Below are positions 1 through 30,226 of a stretch of 64,000 nucleotides of DNA, piece by piece. This stretch comes from the human T2T-CHM13v2.0 reference genome, Homo sapiens. The stretch lies in the NCBI RefSeq assembly GCF_009914755.1, contig NC_060941.1; one strand, 5' to 3'. The first letter of the stretch is position 1; every line of letters begins with the position of its first letter. A program made the position numbers and the translations under genes. A model generated the notes under the pieces. The model was not told the origin of the DNA and ran no database searches. It was given only the letters and a program-made list of their open reading frames with translations.

Positions 1-233
1 ACCAGGAAAATTCTTCTGGAGATCTGGGAAGAACCCAATTCTAAACAATATGATACTAGAATTGAAGCAAGTACCAGGCTTGCCATGTATTTATATTGTA
101 CTTCCCTTCCCTAAAGTGAGACTATGGAGAGCAAAATAAGTGAATTGTCCAAAATAAGGTGCCGTAGAAGAAACAAGGATCCTGACTTTCTAAGAAATAT
201 TCTCAACTGAGCTTTAGTTAATTAGTTAGTTAG

Positions 234-1361
<1,128 letters not shown>

Positions 1362-2578
1362 TTATAATTACTGCTTCCAAGCCCCATCATAGCCCTGAAA
1401 GGGATATAAGGAGCCTAGCAGAAACCTGGAAAGTGTAACTGCTCTTTGTGCTGGACACAGATAACATCCCTGCCCCCAGAGTCCACCCCAGTGCAGCGTG
1501 CCTAAAGCAGGAGAGTTCCTGTTGGATGGATGAACAAGAAGTCCACAGGAAGCCCTGAGCGTTAGCTCTCTTCCCCTAGAGAGCAGTTCTCGCCTTTGCT
1601 GAAGCTAAGACCACTGAAATGCAGGTAGCTTCCAAGCCCAAAAGTCATTCCTTATTCCTGTGCTGAAGGTCTTTCTTCTCTTAGCTGCTGTTCTTTCCCA
1701 TCTATCCTTCCACTCACCCCTGCTGCTGGGGACAAATCCTTTTCCTTTACCTCTTTCTGCTTGCTTGCCCTAGATTCCTTATTCTAAAGACAGGTTTCAG
1801 AAGAGATGTTGCTTGCTCACCTTGGCTGAGCCAGAAAAGAAGCCCATGCATCCCATTGCTCAAGCTAGGTCTAGAATTAATCCCTCACCTCTTCTTGCTC
1901 CACTTTCACCCCAGATGGCTAAATCAAGCAATAATCCTAAAAGGGAATTTCAGGCTATTTTCAACTCCCCACATCCCCCACCTCCCACACCACGTTTAGG
2001 GAGGAGAGAGCAAAGCCCTTGGATCAGAGTAATCTGTTTCTAACCCACTTCCATTCCCAGGGATTACCTCTCCAGGGGGAGGGAGACAGAAATAAACCTA
2101 ACAATTTAGTGCTAGAAACTTGGGAAAGAAGCTCCAGGAGTGCCTTGGAGGGCTGTAGGCATGGGGTTCCAGTAGCCTGGGAACTTCTTCTCATATGCTG
2201 GAGTACCCTGTAAAAGGGTCCACAAACTTGAAAAGCAATGCCTAGTGTGGCAAGAATAGGCACTGTATAAATGTGCCTATTGGATGAAAGAATGAAAAAT
2301 GTATGGATTGTGGGCAGATGAAGGCAGAAACAATTTCCTTGTTATACCTACAACCTTTATGTCCTTGTATGCACACCAATTTATGGCTAAAATCAGTCAA
2401 CCACAAATAAGGAAGTGCGATAGAGTGGAAACACCTCTGGATTGGGAGACAGGAGATATGGATTCTAGTACCACCATTGCCGACATTGATTTGCTCTTTG
2501 GCCTTTGGCAAATCGCTTTGCCCAAAGTCACTTTGTTCTCTGATCACTAATTTTCTCCATTAAAAAAAAAAAAGTCTC

Positions 2579-3435
<857 letters not shown>

Positions 3436-3604
3436 TCAGCTCTTTGGGATTGGAAACAGGGAAGCTGTGCGAATGCAGAAAACTTCCACTAGAGGGTACC
3501 AAGGCTGCACCGGATCTCAGACTGCAGGGAGGCCTGTGTAAACCCAATTCCTGGATGTTTAAATACCTATGTTGAGAGATTCAGGGATCTCCATTAATTC
3601 CTCA

Positions 3605-3770
3605 CTACCAGTGGGAGGTGGGCGAGAGATAAAAAACTACATATTGGGTACAGTGTACACTACTTGAGTGACTGGTGTATTAAAATCGCAGACTTTACCA
3701 CTATACAAATCATCCATGTAACCAAAACCACTTGTACCCCAAAAGCTATTGAAATAAAAAAAATTAATTT
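3605..3770 (+). mobile_element. L1 3' end fragment (older L1PA/L1PB class)
   Basis: tacatattgggtacagtgtacact...atccatgtaaccaaaaccacttgtaccccaaaagctattgaaataaaa. Flanks aattcctca / aattgctca resemble a TSD. Confidence 0.75.
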
Positions 3771-3784
3771 TAAAAAATTGCTCA

Positions 3785-4373
<589 letters not shown>

Positions 4374-4474
4374 CCTTGAAAAGCTTTTAAGAAGTCTCTA
4401 CTATTTGGACATCATTTTGCTTTCTTCATTTTGATTACTTCAAATCAAAGAAAGCTTGGCATAATGAAATTCGT

Positions 4475-4700
4475 GGGGGCTCTGGCAACTGATGTAGATC
4501 TTGCTCCACTATTTCCAAACTTTATTAGCCAATTACTTAAGTCATCTGCATTTCAGTGCAAACCCATCTGTGGAATGGAGATAATTTCACAGATGGGTAC
4601 ACTGAAATGCAGAGAACTTACCTCATAGAGGAGTTGTGAACGTAAGTAAAATCATATATGGAAACAGGTAACTTGGTAGATTGTAGGTGCCTAAAACCGT
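4475..4700 (+). mobile_element. MIR fragment
   Basis: agatcttgctccactatt...ttacttaagtcatctgcatttcagt...catctgtggaatggagataat...acctcatagaggagttgtga. Confidence 0.6.
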
Positions 4701-6154
4701 TTTTGCACTGGCCTATTATAAACTGGGAATTGAGATGTTGAGGAGAGAAAGATGGATTTGCAGGCACTGAATACCTCCAAACAAGAGACGTGACCTTTTG
4801 TCATTTTGCTCTTAAGGCTTGCAGGTTTCCAGGCTAGCGCTGCAGGGCACACCCCAGCCTTATCCTTCAGCTGTGTTCTGTCATCTGCAACAGCCCAGCC
4901 ATGTGGTTCTGCCCTTTTCCCATCCTGATTTCTCTGGAGGTGAGTTTAGTTTCTACTTCCTACTCGCCTCCTGGATGAAAAGTCTCATGTATGGTGTTTT
5001 GCCCTGTGCTTTCTGAAGTGTCACATCTCCACCTAGCTCTGCTCTGCCTTTTTCCTCTCATCTCTCCAACAGTCACTTCTGGGGTGGAATGTGCCATCTG
5101 TTTCTGAAACTGAGCAGAAGTTTGGGAAAGGGGGAGGGACAGCCATGTCCAGGGCTTGCGTGTCAGCAGACACGTTACAGCTGCTGCAGGGCAAACCAGG
5201 GTGAAACCACAAGCCAGAGGACCCAGGGCAGGCAGCCGTGAGGCCCGCCCCTCGGCTTCTCTCTCATCTGTCTCACCCAGAGGTTTCCTGGCAGGAGTGG
5301 GAGAGGTTGGTATCGAGTCCTTGAGCCCTGACTCATTCCCTGACCTAGTTGGGTGTTACCCAGTTATCTCCTAAATCTCTCTCCAGGGCCCTCTGTTAGC
5401 AACACAACAGTATCATCCTAGACAGAAGACGCAGGAGGAAAGCAGACTACCTATTTATCTCATTCCCTTCTGAGGGTCCCAACAACAACCAGGAGGTTTA
5501 CAGGTTACATTGCTTATAAAATGACCAAAATCATCCCATAGAGCTACACTAAGAGATTGGCTACTTTCCAGATTTCTCTATAGAAACAATCATGCTTAAC
5601 TTTCTCAAAAAAAAGAATAAAATCATTATTTTATTTTACTTGGGCAGGGGAAGGGACTGAAACACTGAACCAGGAAGTGACTGGTGATTATCACACAGTG
5701 AATCAGGGGCCTAACTAGGGACATAACTCAGGTTTCCTAACCCCACCCCAAATTCCATTCTTTCCCTCAGCTTAGTTACTTATGGACTACAGTAATGTCC
5801 TGGGCTTTCTGGACTTTACCAAAGTTCTTGTAATTGTCAAATTCCTGAGGGTTGGATAGGAAGCTGATTCTGTGATGCTTCTGGGCTTCACATGTATCTC
5901 TTTCACAGTTTGTCCTGTAGAAAACGTGAGATATATATTTGTTGCCTCCTGGACGGGTTGCCAAAAACACTTTAGATGTTATTCTTAGATTCAAAGAAGA
6001 CCAATGTGATCCTAAGGTTAGATCTCAGAGACAGAATATTCCATTTTTAAATCATTTGTTGCTGTTCAAGATCCTCATATCTTTATGAGTCACTGTACCA
6101 GTAGATGCTGAAAATTATTTTCTTACCCTCCCTTTATTCAGAGGTCCCCATCTG

Positions 6155-9362
<3,208 letters not shown>

Positions 9363-9995
9363 ATATTCTAGGCAAAGGGATTGACATGCATGAAGACACG
9401 GCAGTGTAAAACAACTTGGGAACTTGGGATGGCCAGGGTGCCCTAAGTGGTCTGGTATGTTGTCCCTGTACTGTGGGGTCCAGTTGGCCGGGGTGCAAAT
9501 GCAGGCTGGATCATGGAGAGTCTCCCACTGAATGCGGAATATTTTAAATATCCCCAACACACTGTCACCCAGCTCTGCCTGGGCTCTCTCAGACAAAGAA
9601 CCTAGATCTTTGTAAGGTACTTAATTCTGTTTCTGAGCATCCGATTGTGACAAATTCCTTCCTATATTGATGTAACATTTGCTTCCCTCTTTCACCCAGT
9701 GATTCTGGTTTGCCCTCTGCAGCATTAAAAAATAAGTCTACATCCTCTTCTATTAGGTTGAACCAAATGAAATTGCTATTTTTATAGATCAAAACAGTTG
9801 AACATTGACAGTTTTATATTGTCAGCCTTATTATACCTGTTTGAGGACATTAGTCTTCTCTTCCCCATCAATAATATCTCCAAACTCCATCAAATTCTTT
9901 CTCACCTGGTAAAGTTATGAGATCTTTTTCAAATATGATCTCATATTTAGGCATATTCTAGTTCCTCAATATTTTTCTTTCTTTTTAATGTTTGA

Positions 9996-10154
<159 letters not shown>

Positions 10155-10993
10155 TAATTTTTGTACTTTTAGTAGAGACGGGTTTCAGCACACTGGTCAG
10201 GCTGGTCTCGAACTCCTGACCCCAAGCGATCCACCCGCCTTAACCTCCCAAAGTACTGGGATTACAGGTGTGAGCCACCACACCTGGCCTGTTTTTTTTT
10301 TTAGATGGTGTCTCGTTATGTCACCCAGCCTGGAGTGGCGCAATCTCGGCTTACTGCAATCTCCGCTTTTTGGGTTCAAGCGATTCTTGTGCCTCAGCCT
10401 CTCGAGTAGCTCGGATTACAGGTGTGTGCCACCGTGCCCAGCTAAATTTTGTAGTTTTAGTAGAGATGGGGTTTCGCCATGTTGGCTAGGCTGGTCTCCA
10501 ACTCCTGACCTCAGGTGATCCGCCCACCTCAACCTCTCAAAGTGCTGGGATTATAGGCGTGAGCCACCACACTCAGCCCTCAATATCTTTCTTAATATGG
10601 GACAGTCAGAACCAGTCAGTTTAAAATGCAGGGAGACTATTCTCTCTCTGGATCTGACAGTGTGTCTTTTCATGAAACTCTGACTGCATTGGGTTTCGTG
10701 AGACCTGAACCTTTTTCACACAAGATACTGTCACACCAGTCCTACTCCTACCTGTGCAATTAATTTTTTTTTTTTTTTTTAGTAGAGATGGGGTTTCTCC
10801 ATGTTGGTCAGGCTGGTCTCGAACTCCCGACCTCAAGTGTGCCCACCTCGGCCTCCCAAAGTGCTGGGATTACAGGCGTGAGCCACCATGCCCAGCCCAT
10901 TTAGTTTTTTTTTTTTTTTTAAATCAACTGCGCCGGGCGCAGTAACTCACACCTGTAATCCCAGCACTTTGGGAGGCCGAGGTGGGCAGATCA

Positions 10994-11533
<540 letters not shown>

Positions 11534-12067
11534 CTAGGCATGGTGGCAGGTGCCTGTAATCCCAGCTACTCGGGAAGGCTGAGGCAGGAGAATCGCTTCA
11601 ACCCCAGAGGTGAGGTTGCAGTGAGCCAAGATCACACCACTGCACTTCAGCCTGGGCGACAGAGCAACAGTCCATCTCGGAAAAAAAAAAAAAAAAAAAA
11701 GAGCTGGGCACGGTGGCTCACGTCTGTAATTTCAGCACTTTGGGACACCAAGGTGGGCTGATCCCAAGGTCAATAGGTAGAGACCATCCTGGCCAACATG
11801 GTGAAACCCCATCTCTACTGAAAATACAAAAAAAGTAGCTGGGCATGGTGGTGTGTGCCTGTAATCCTAGCTACTCAGGAGGCAGAGGCAGGAGAATTGC
11901 TTGAACCCGAGGGGCAGAGGTTGCAGTGAGCCAAGATCACGCTACTGCTCTCCAGCCTGGGTGATAGAGCAAGACTCCATCTCAAAAAATAAAATAAGGG
12001 GCTGGGCGCAGTGACTCACGCCTGTAATCCCAGCACTTTGGGAGGCCAAGGTGGGTGGATCACCTTA

Positions 12068-12395
<328 letters not shown>

Positions 12396-12499
12396 TTAAG
12401 AGATAGAGACCATCCTGGTCAACATGGTGAAACCCCATCTCTACTAAAAATACAAAAAAATTAGCTGGGTGTGGTGGTGTGTGCCTGTAATCCCAGCTA

Positions 12500-12640
<141 letters not shown>

Positions 12641-12731
12641 TCAACATAGTAAACTTGCTGCTATTCAAGAGCCATTCTCCTCGGTAATAATATTGAGCAC
12701 TAACATGGTTTTATCCTTATTTTTAAATTAA

Positions 12732-13010
<279 letters not shown>

Positions 13011-13387
13011 TAGCCAGGATGGTCTCGATCTCCTGACCTCGTGATCCGCCCTCCTTGGCCTCCCAAAGTACTGGCATTACAGGTGTGAGCCACCGCGCCC
13101 AGCCAACAAAGTCTTACTTTGTCATCCAGGCTGACGTGCAGTGGTGCGATCATGGCTCACTGCAGCCTTGACCACCTGGGCCCAGGGAATCCTCCCACTT
13201 CAACCCCCTGAGTAGCTGGGACTACAGACCCATGCCACCATGACCAGTTAATTTTGTCAAAATTTTTTGTGGATACAGGGTCTCACCATGTTGCCCAGGC
13301 TGGTCTGGAACTCCTGGCCTCAAGGAAACCTCCTGCCTCAGCCTCTCAAATCGCTGGGATTGTAAGCGTGAGCCACAATACCCAGCC

Positions 13388-13920
<533 letters not shown>

Positions 13921-13974
13921 CCTACAGACACATCTCAGACTAGTCTACTTAGGTTCATATCAAATTCTAATCTA

Positions 13975-14489
<515 letters not shown>

Positions 14490-15097
14490 TCACAGGCGGA
14501 GGAGGGACATCAGTCAAACCCTCTCTGTCTGCAGAGGTGCAGCTTCCCCTTTCTGCTCTGTGGGTGGGTCCTCCCAGACAGGAAGGGAGCAGTTGGCTTA
14601 GTCGGTCTAGTTTTCCCTGGAACTCAGCATACTGTGAAATTTAGGAGGTGCCTGAGGCCAATTTAGGCAAGTTCTATTCAACAAACATTTGTTGAGTCCC
14701 AACAATGGGGCAGACACTGTGCTGGATTGGAATAGAACATAAACATATCACATATTGTAAAAATAAAGATAAGCACTTCAATAGCCAGTTACCTCCTAAG
14801 TGTGATAAGAGCCTGGATTGCTACAGACCTGAGTGTATTGTTTGGAATGAGGGATGGCAAGAGGAGAAAGGAAAAAGGGGAAGTAGGGATAAGGCGCCTA
14901 TTACTGGGGTTTTTGGTTTCAAGGAAACAATCCAGATTAGGGAAGGAAAGAATAACTGAGTAAGGATTGCTGGCAGAAGGGAGGCGCCTTCAAGAGTACT
15001 GAGTTATTCAGCTGCAGGTGAGTCAAGTACCTTACCTGTTTATCTGGAATGCTTGAGGGAAGGAAGATATGAGGGCAAAGAGCAGTCAGGAAGATCC

Positions 15098-15100
<3 letters not shown>

Positions 15101-15152
<52 letters not shown>
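15101..15152. repeat. (GT)26 microsatellite
   Basis: Uninterrupted GT run. Confidence 0.97.
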
Positions 15153-15154
<2 letters not shown>

Positions 15155-15303
15155 AGGGTTGTGTGAAATGCGAATTCCTGCTTTTTCTTGGCAGCTTTTC
15201 TGGAAATTGTGATGACAGCTGGTGGTGGGAAACATCACTGAAATACTGAAATTACTAGTGACCACAGCTTTTTCTCTGCTCCAGGTGACTGGCTATCACC
15301 TGA

Positions 15304-18255
<2,952 letters not shown>

Positions 18256-18845
18256 GTTGGGATACTTCTGGATTAAAATCCTATGAATATTTATTCTTCA
18301 GAGTGTTTTTTTTTTTCCTCCCCATTAAAATGTTTAAGCTTTGATATTTGCAGGAGTGGCAGAATCAGGTTTATAATATCTGCCTGCATCATTTTCAGGT
18401 GAGTGGAAATACTAAAAGTATATTAATATAGTAACAGTGGCAAAAGAAAGAAAGAAAAAAAATCATTGGTTTGACAGTGTGGCATATCAGGCCTTGGCTG
18501 CTACTTGACATAATCTTGCCAACATCACTCTCAAAGTAATTTCTCTTATTAAATACAGCATAATCACCACCATATTCTGAACATGGATATTTAATATTGG
18601 AAAAACTATTTAAAGTATTTGATATATTTAAAGGGACAAGTTGATTTTTATGGAGCCAGTTGATATTAACCTATGCTGTTTTCCACTAAAGTGAATACCC
18701 TAGGGAATAAGAAAAGGAGAAGAGAGTTAGATATCCCTTTTAGCGGTCTCATAGCCTAAAAAATTAAACATGACAGAATGTCATTCCACTCTCCAGAAAA
18801 AGATATTTGCCAGCACACAAAGCTATTTTAAAATCCCTATTTACC

Positions 18846-21281
<2,436 letters not shown>

Positions 21282-23488
21282 ATTACTGGGGAAAGATACT
21301 TGGTCTAACTCTTTCATTACTCTGTAGAACAAGGGGCTCTAACCTGGCTGATGAGAACGTGCCCTTAGGGTTTACTACATGGAATTATAAAGTTATCATG
21401 ATCATGGTAAAAGGAGAAGAACTGAGCCTTTCTTCTGCTCCATGGATTTCCATTCTGTCTCTCACACTATGAAAGCATTTAAATATATTTCCAATTATTC
21501 AGAGTGGTAATGGATTAATTGTACTAAGTAAAGAGAATATTTCATTTAGATCTCTAGGGTTAGGATTTGTTTAAGTAGGGGCTAAGAGCCTAGGATTAAC
21601 CATATAGATTTATAAACCTAGAGAACTTGTTTCTCTTGCTAGGTTTGCTCTTCCTAGAGAGGAATGAACAGACTTGATTTCATAAAGCAGTTTGAGGACT
21701 TGAAAAATGCTGAATGAACATATTTTTTCCTGATTAAGTTATCACCCACAATGAAGTAACCTACAAAGGATGACCTCATTGTTTGGCTTTGTAGGACTTG
21801 TCATACTATGTCAGATCTCCAGGGTGGAAGCCTGACTAATGGAGGCTGGAGTACTAGTACTCCAGAGGTGGGTTGAAAACAGCAACTTTTCTCTCAGTCT
21901 GCTTTAAGCACTCATGGAAAGAGCATTTTTTTTTAGCATCATGATGCTGTGCTGCACAAGATTCTGTTACCCTCATTTGAGCTGCCTGGTTATTCTAGCA
22001 ATCAGATCTTTCTGTCTCCTTCCTGTTACCTGGCCTTGACACCAACTATCATGTGCCCTTTTTGCCTTGACTCCCAGGCATGCAGTTCTTCTTCCATTTT
22101 CTTTAACCCAAAATGCTAGAATATTGGAATTTCTAGGACATTTATTTACATGGCTTCTGATGACAGTGGAGAATATTTGCCATCAGGACTGTCCTGGAAA
22201 ATCTAGGGTATGTGTGGTCCTCCTTGTCAACACTTGTCAACACATTTCAACACTTGTCCTCTGAGAGTTATCTAGGACTGCTAGGATATTCAGAAAGAAG
22301 AGAGGCCTGGGAGTCAGAAATTCTTCTCATCATGGCTTTTAGTCATTGCTTTGCAGTTAACTCTGGGCAATGACTGCATCTATCTTTGTCCTACATCAGT
22401 TTTTGACCCCTTGTACTTGAGGCCCCCTAAAACAATTATAAAGAACAAAACAATAGGAAGTAATTTTCAACTTACTTTGGCTATCCTTAAAATGTAAGTT
22501 ATGAATCCTAGCGTTAGTAACATAGCATACTGGACTTCTTTACCATGAAGGGGAGGAAAAATTAGGGAAAACAAGGGTCTTAAAGATTTTACCATTTTAG
22601 GGCAGACACAGTGGCTCACATCTATAATCCCAGTACTTTGGGGAGGCGGGAGGATCGCTTGAACCAGGAGTTTGAGACCAGCCTGGGCAACATGGTGAAA
22701 TCCCATCTCTACCAAAAAACTCCACACAAACTAGACAGACCTAGTGGTGCATGCCTGTAGTCCCAGCTACCTGGGAAGCTGAGGTAAAGGATCATTGAGC
22801 CTGGGAGGCAGATGTTGCAGTGAGCTGAGATCATATCACCACACTCCAGCCTGGGTGACAGAATGGGACCCTGGTATCAGCTCTAAGAACTGCGACTTGT
22901 ACAATTCAAGTCTGAACCAAACCTGGATAGAACTATTGTTCTAATTTCTGGAAAAAATAAAAGGAGGCAGGGCTTATAAACTAAAGAAAACGATTTACCT
23001 TGTCAGACACCAATAATGGCACTTTTTCTGTAAAATAGTGACGACTTTTTCTCTTCTTCCACCTCCTCCACTCCTTTGATTCTGTCACCCTCTCCTGCAT
23101 CTACTGATATCCTCTTACACTGAGATAAGACAGTAATGAATCACTTTAGCAAAAGTACATAGAGCTAAACAAAGATGACATCGTTTGGCATCTCTTGGCA
23201 CTGAGACACATTGGGATAGGGCACAACAAGAGTTCAGGGTTTCCTGATGTAGAGTTGCTAAAACTGTGGCCTCCACTTAACAGCTAATGTAGGTTTGGGG
23301 CAACAGGAATATAAATCTCTCTCGAATGGTTTAAATTGTGCCTTTTTGCCTAAAGAATTTTGTCTTGGCCAGGCACAGCGGCTCACGCCTATAATCTCAG
23401 CACTTTGGGAGGCCGAGGGGGTGTGGATCACCTGAGGATGGGAGTTCGAGACCAGTCTGACCAACATGGAGAAACCTCGTCTCTACTA

Positions 23489-23674
<186 letters not shown>

Positions 23675-24139
23675 CTAATTCCTGATGTCAGGTCCCTAGG
23701 GTATTTGTGCTATGCCTCATTCGTAGTGACTTTATATTTTATACAGTGTGATTGCACTTTGAACTAAAATAGACCATATCCAGAAACCTGCCGGTGCAGG
23801 CTTCCCAGGGCTAAAGAGTATGAGCAGTTTGAATTGCTTTTTGTCTCTTTGCCTTTTTCTTGAATCAATTTACCAAAATAGAGATGTTACCATCAGATTT
23901 TTTTTAAAGGCACTAGTTCCCAAAGGCTAGTCTCCATGCCAAGACAATTTTTCTAAAGCATGTATATCTGAAAATGAAAGGATCTTAGATGCTTACCTTA
24001 TGGTTTCTCTTTAGCTCTAGCATTATTTGTTTACTGGGGACACTATGACTTTTGGTTCAGTCCTATGAATAAGCAGGTCACAAGCCAATTTTTAGCTCCC
24101 CTTACACTTTTTAAGTATTTATTAATCTTGACTCCTATG

Positions 24140-24300
24140 CAAACTGTAGGGAGGCTGGCAGCAGAAGATTCTTATCCTTAGTTATTTATGTGGCTAAGAC
24201 TCCAAGGCAAATTGCTCTCTCAAACTGTAGGGAGGCTGGCAGCAGAAGATTCTTATCCTTAGTTATTTATGTGGCTAAGACTCCAAGGCAAATTGCTCTC
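24140..24300. repeat. Perfect 80-bp direct tandem duplication (period 81)
   Basis: caaactgtaggg...ggcaaattgctctc at 24140-24219 and 24221-24300, identical by eye. Confidence 0.93.
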
Positions 24301-24602
24301 ATAAAATCACGCCCCATGAGATGTGATTCTGCCAGATTAGTAGGCCTTAATGTCTTGGGTCTCTTCTCTTCACCCCACCCTTAACCTGGGTTAAGCTTAT
24401 TCTCTTTGCTAGGCCTTGGATAGCACATTGGGTGAGGACTATTCTGATGTCAATTCTTCTTGTCAAGGATTTAAGAAGCAAACAGAAATAGAGCCAAGGG
24501 TGGAGAAACTGAGGCCCCCTGACTTGCCAAGCTGCGACTTCTAATCCTCTTGGCTACCCCACTGGTCTGGTTCAACCTGAGCTCGCACTGATTTTTTTGG
24601 AT

Positions 24603-24612
24603 TTGACGTCAA
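24603..24612. promoter_or_regulatory. Full palindromic CRE (TTGACGTCAA)
   Basis: Perfect TGACGTCA at 24604-24611 with its CpG retained in a CpG-poor region. Function untested. Confidence 0.45.
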
Positions 24613-24772
24613 GGCAAACATCATTGCAAACTCAATTCCAGCATGCCAGCTCCAGAGCACTGTAACCTTTAAAAACTTGGGATTTCGCCGGGCGTGGTGG
24701 CTCACACTTGTAATCTCAGCACTTTGGGAGGCTGAGGCGGGTGGATCACCTGAAGTCAGGAATTTGAGATCA

Positions 24773-24980
<208 letters not shown>

Positions 24981-25670
24981 TCAGGAGAAATGTTATAGTA
25001 GCATTCCAGAGGCCCACGCATCAGACATAGACATATGCACTCTTTGCAGCAGAGGGTATTGGCTTCACCCTATCATATAAGTTGGCTCCCTAACTTATAT
25101 TCTGCAAAGCCCTGGTGGCTAACCCTTTACAACCAAACAGGTCACAGCCAAACAGGTCATCTCAGTTTGAAGATCATCAACAAAGGGGTTAGGTTTGCTC
25201 TTGTAGTTGTCACTCCCTTGGGATTGGTAAACAGACCTGCAGAAGTAGTTGTGAAAAGGGAAGCAGAAGTACTGAAAAAAAAAAAAAAAGAGGAGGGCTA
25301 GAAAGGAAGTGAGAAAGGTGGAAATGTATGTCTTTTTCAACTTCCTAATGGAAAGATACAAAGAGAAATAAAACTATGACCAGATAGGACCTTCCTTTGG
25401 CCACATTTTTATGTGCATAATGTCATATTGCTATCCCCAAATAAATAAAACTATGTATCTATCCATCAATCTATCCAATCTATAGCTCATATATTATTAT
25501 GACAAATTAAGTTATCCATCAGTATAGCAAACATTTTAAAGCATGTGAAATTAATCTACTTTCCTTTCATGAAGAACACAGGATGGGTAGGCAGCATTCC
25601 ATCTACTCACATTTCCAACTGTCATTTCAACAGCCATTTTAAGTTACGGAAGAGTCAAGGCTGGGACCTC

Positions 25671-25747
25671 ATGGCATCATTTTCCATGGATTGCTCTCCA
25701 AGTTTTTGTGTTCCTGGCCTTTGGAACCCCTTCATCATATTCCGCAG
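25671..25747 (+). CDS. NPEPPS: Alternative upstream first coding exon of NPEPPS (MASFSMDCSPSFCVPGLWNPFIIFR + AG)
   Basis: ATG 25671 and strong donor GCAG|GTAAGA (GT 25748). 77 nt (phase 2) joins in frame to the internal acceptor cttcAG|C at 33119, rebuilding Ser-Arg-Ser-Ser-Arg. Agrees with my recollection of an annotated 915-aa isoform. Confidence 0.75.
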
Positions 25748-26544
25748 GTAAGACACATATTAGTGGAATTCGAGTTATAATTTGTATGCTTGAAATTGAC
25801 ATTGAAGGCCATAATTTGTAAGTCAGAGAGGCTAAACAGTAACTGTAATGCTTTGTTTTGATCTAACTTGGTGGTTTTGTAATGGTTCTCTCAAACGCTC
25901 CACATCTTTCTCTTTCTGTGTTCCATAGCTGGGGTTTCTCTCCTTCCTGCCTGAATATTTTGCCTCCCTAATCCAATTCCTTTACATTATCTTTGCTCTG
26001 AAATACTTCTTTCGATGACTTACATTTGCTCTCTATAATTTTACTTCAACTTTTTACTAGTCCTGCTACAAAGACCATTCTCACATTAAGAAAATAATAG
26101 GCTTTTTTTTTGTTTTTTTTTTGAGACGGGGTCTCGTTTTGTCACCCAGGCTGGAGTGCAATGGCGTGATCTTGACTCACTGCAAACTCCACCTCCTGGG
26201 TTGAAGCAATTATCCTGCCTCAGCCTCCCAAGTAGCTGTGATTACAGGCACCCGCCACCACACCCGGCAAATTTTTTTGCATTTCTAGTAGAAATGGGGT
26301 TTCACCATGTTCGCCAGGCTAGTCTTGAACTCCTGACCTCAAGTGATCTGCCTGCCTCGGCCTCCCAAAGTGCTGGGATTACAAGCATGAACCACCATGC
26401 CTGGCCCAATAATAGGCTTTTTAAGAAATTCTCAAACCACTGGAGAAATCATACTTTTCTTTGAGATAAGCGTGCATTATGCCCACATCTGCTTTACAGG
26501 TGGGGAAACTGAGGCAGAGAATTGCTAGGACTTGTTTTAGGTCA

Positions 26545-27079
<535 letters not shown>

Positions 27080-27178
27080 TTACTGCAGCCTCAAACTCCT
27101 GGATTCAAGGAATCCTCCCACTTTAGCCTCCCAAGTAGCTAGGACTACAGGCATAGGCCACCACACCCAGCTAATTAA

Positions 27179-27367
<189 letters not shown>

Positions 27368-27906
27368 TAGTAGAGACGGGGTTTCACTGTGTTGGCCAGG
27401 ATGGTCTCGATCTCCTGACCTCGTGATCCGTCTGCCTCGGCCTCCCAAAGTGCTGGGATTACAGGCGTGAGCCACCGTGCCCGGCCAATTTTTTTTTTTT
27501 TTTTTGTAGAGATGGGAGTCTCACTATGATGCCCAGAGTGGTCTTGAACTCTTGGCCTCAAGTCATCCTCCTGCCTCAGTCTCCCAAATCTTTGTTAACT
27601 TTTTATTGATATATATGGACTTCCATAGGTTTTTCATTTGCAGATTTTCAAAGGTGTGGTAAACAGAGAAGCCTAGAAGCCTGTTAAAAGTAGGGCTAAG
27701 GATCTTGGGACATTACTGACTTTCCCATTCCTTCTGAAGCACCATGGAGGGAAATGAATTTCCAAGGGCCCTTGTGTTCTAATTTCTGTTATTTCAGAGA
27801 AGCCTGTATGGAGCATATGTTAGGTGGTCATCCAGTCATATTTAAGGGAACTGTGTGTTACCTTCCATTCCTCTAGCCCAAGTTCTAAGTGTGGGTTTAT
27901 TCTTGA

Positions 27907-28320
<414 letters not shown>

Positions 28321-28469
28321 TAGCCTAGTGTTTTGTTTTTAATCTTTTCTGTGATTTTATAAAAGAAAGTTGCCTCCAGTCTTAGGTTCACGTAGTTTCT
28401 CTATGGGGCATACATCTTGTACATACAGGAAAGGCTACAGACTGGGTAAAATATTGTCTCTTGGTTAAT

Positions 28470-29330
<861 letters not shown>

Positions 29331-29453
29331 ACTATAATAAAATACAACTGGAGAGTTAGGGCCAGGCGCGGTGGCTCACGCCTGTAATCCCAGCACTCTG
29401 GGAGGCCGAGGCGGGCGGATCACGATGTCAGGAGATCGAGACCATCCTGGCTA

Positions 29454-30226
<773 letters not shown>

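Noticed and set aside
18354-18404. Possible 45-nt exon (tttgcAG … CAG|GTGAGT)
   Set aside because: Weak pyrimidine tract and no evidence linking it to a transcript; such motif pairs occur by chance.
22223-22258. 10-bp tandem repeat (cttgtcaaca) x3.5
   Set aside because: Ordinary short slippage repeat; no spacers, so not CRISPR-like.
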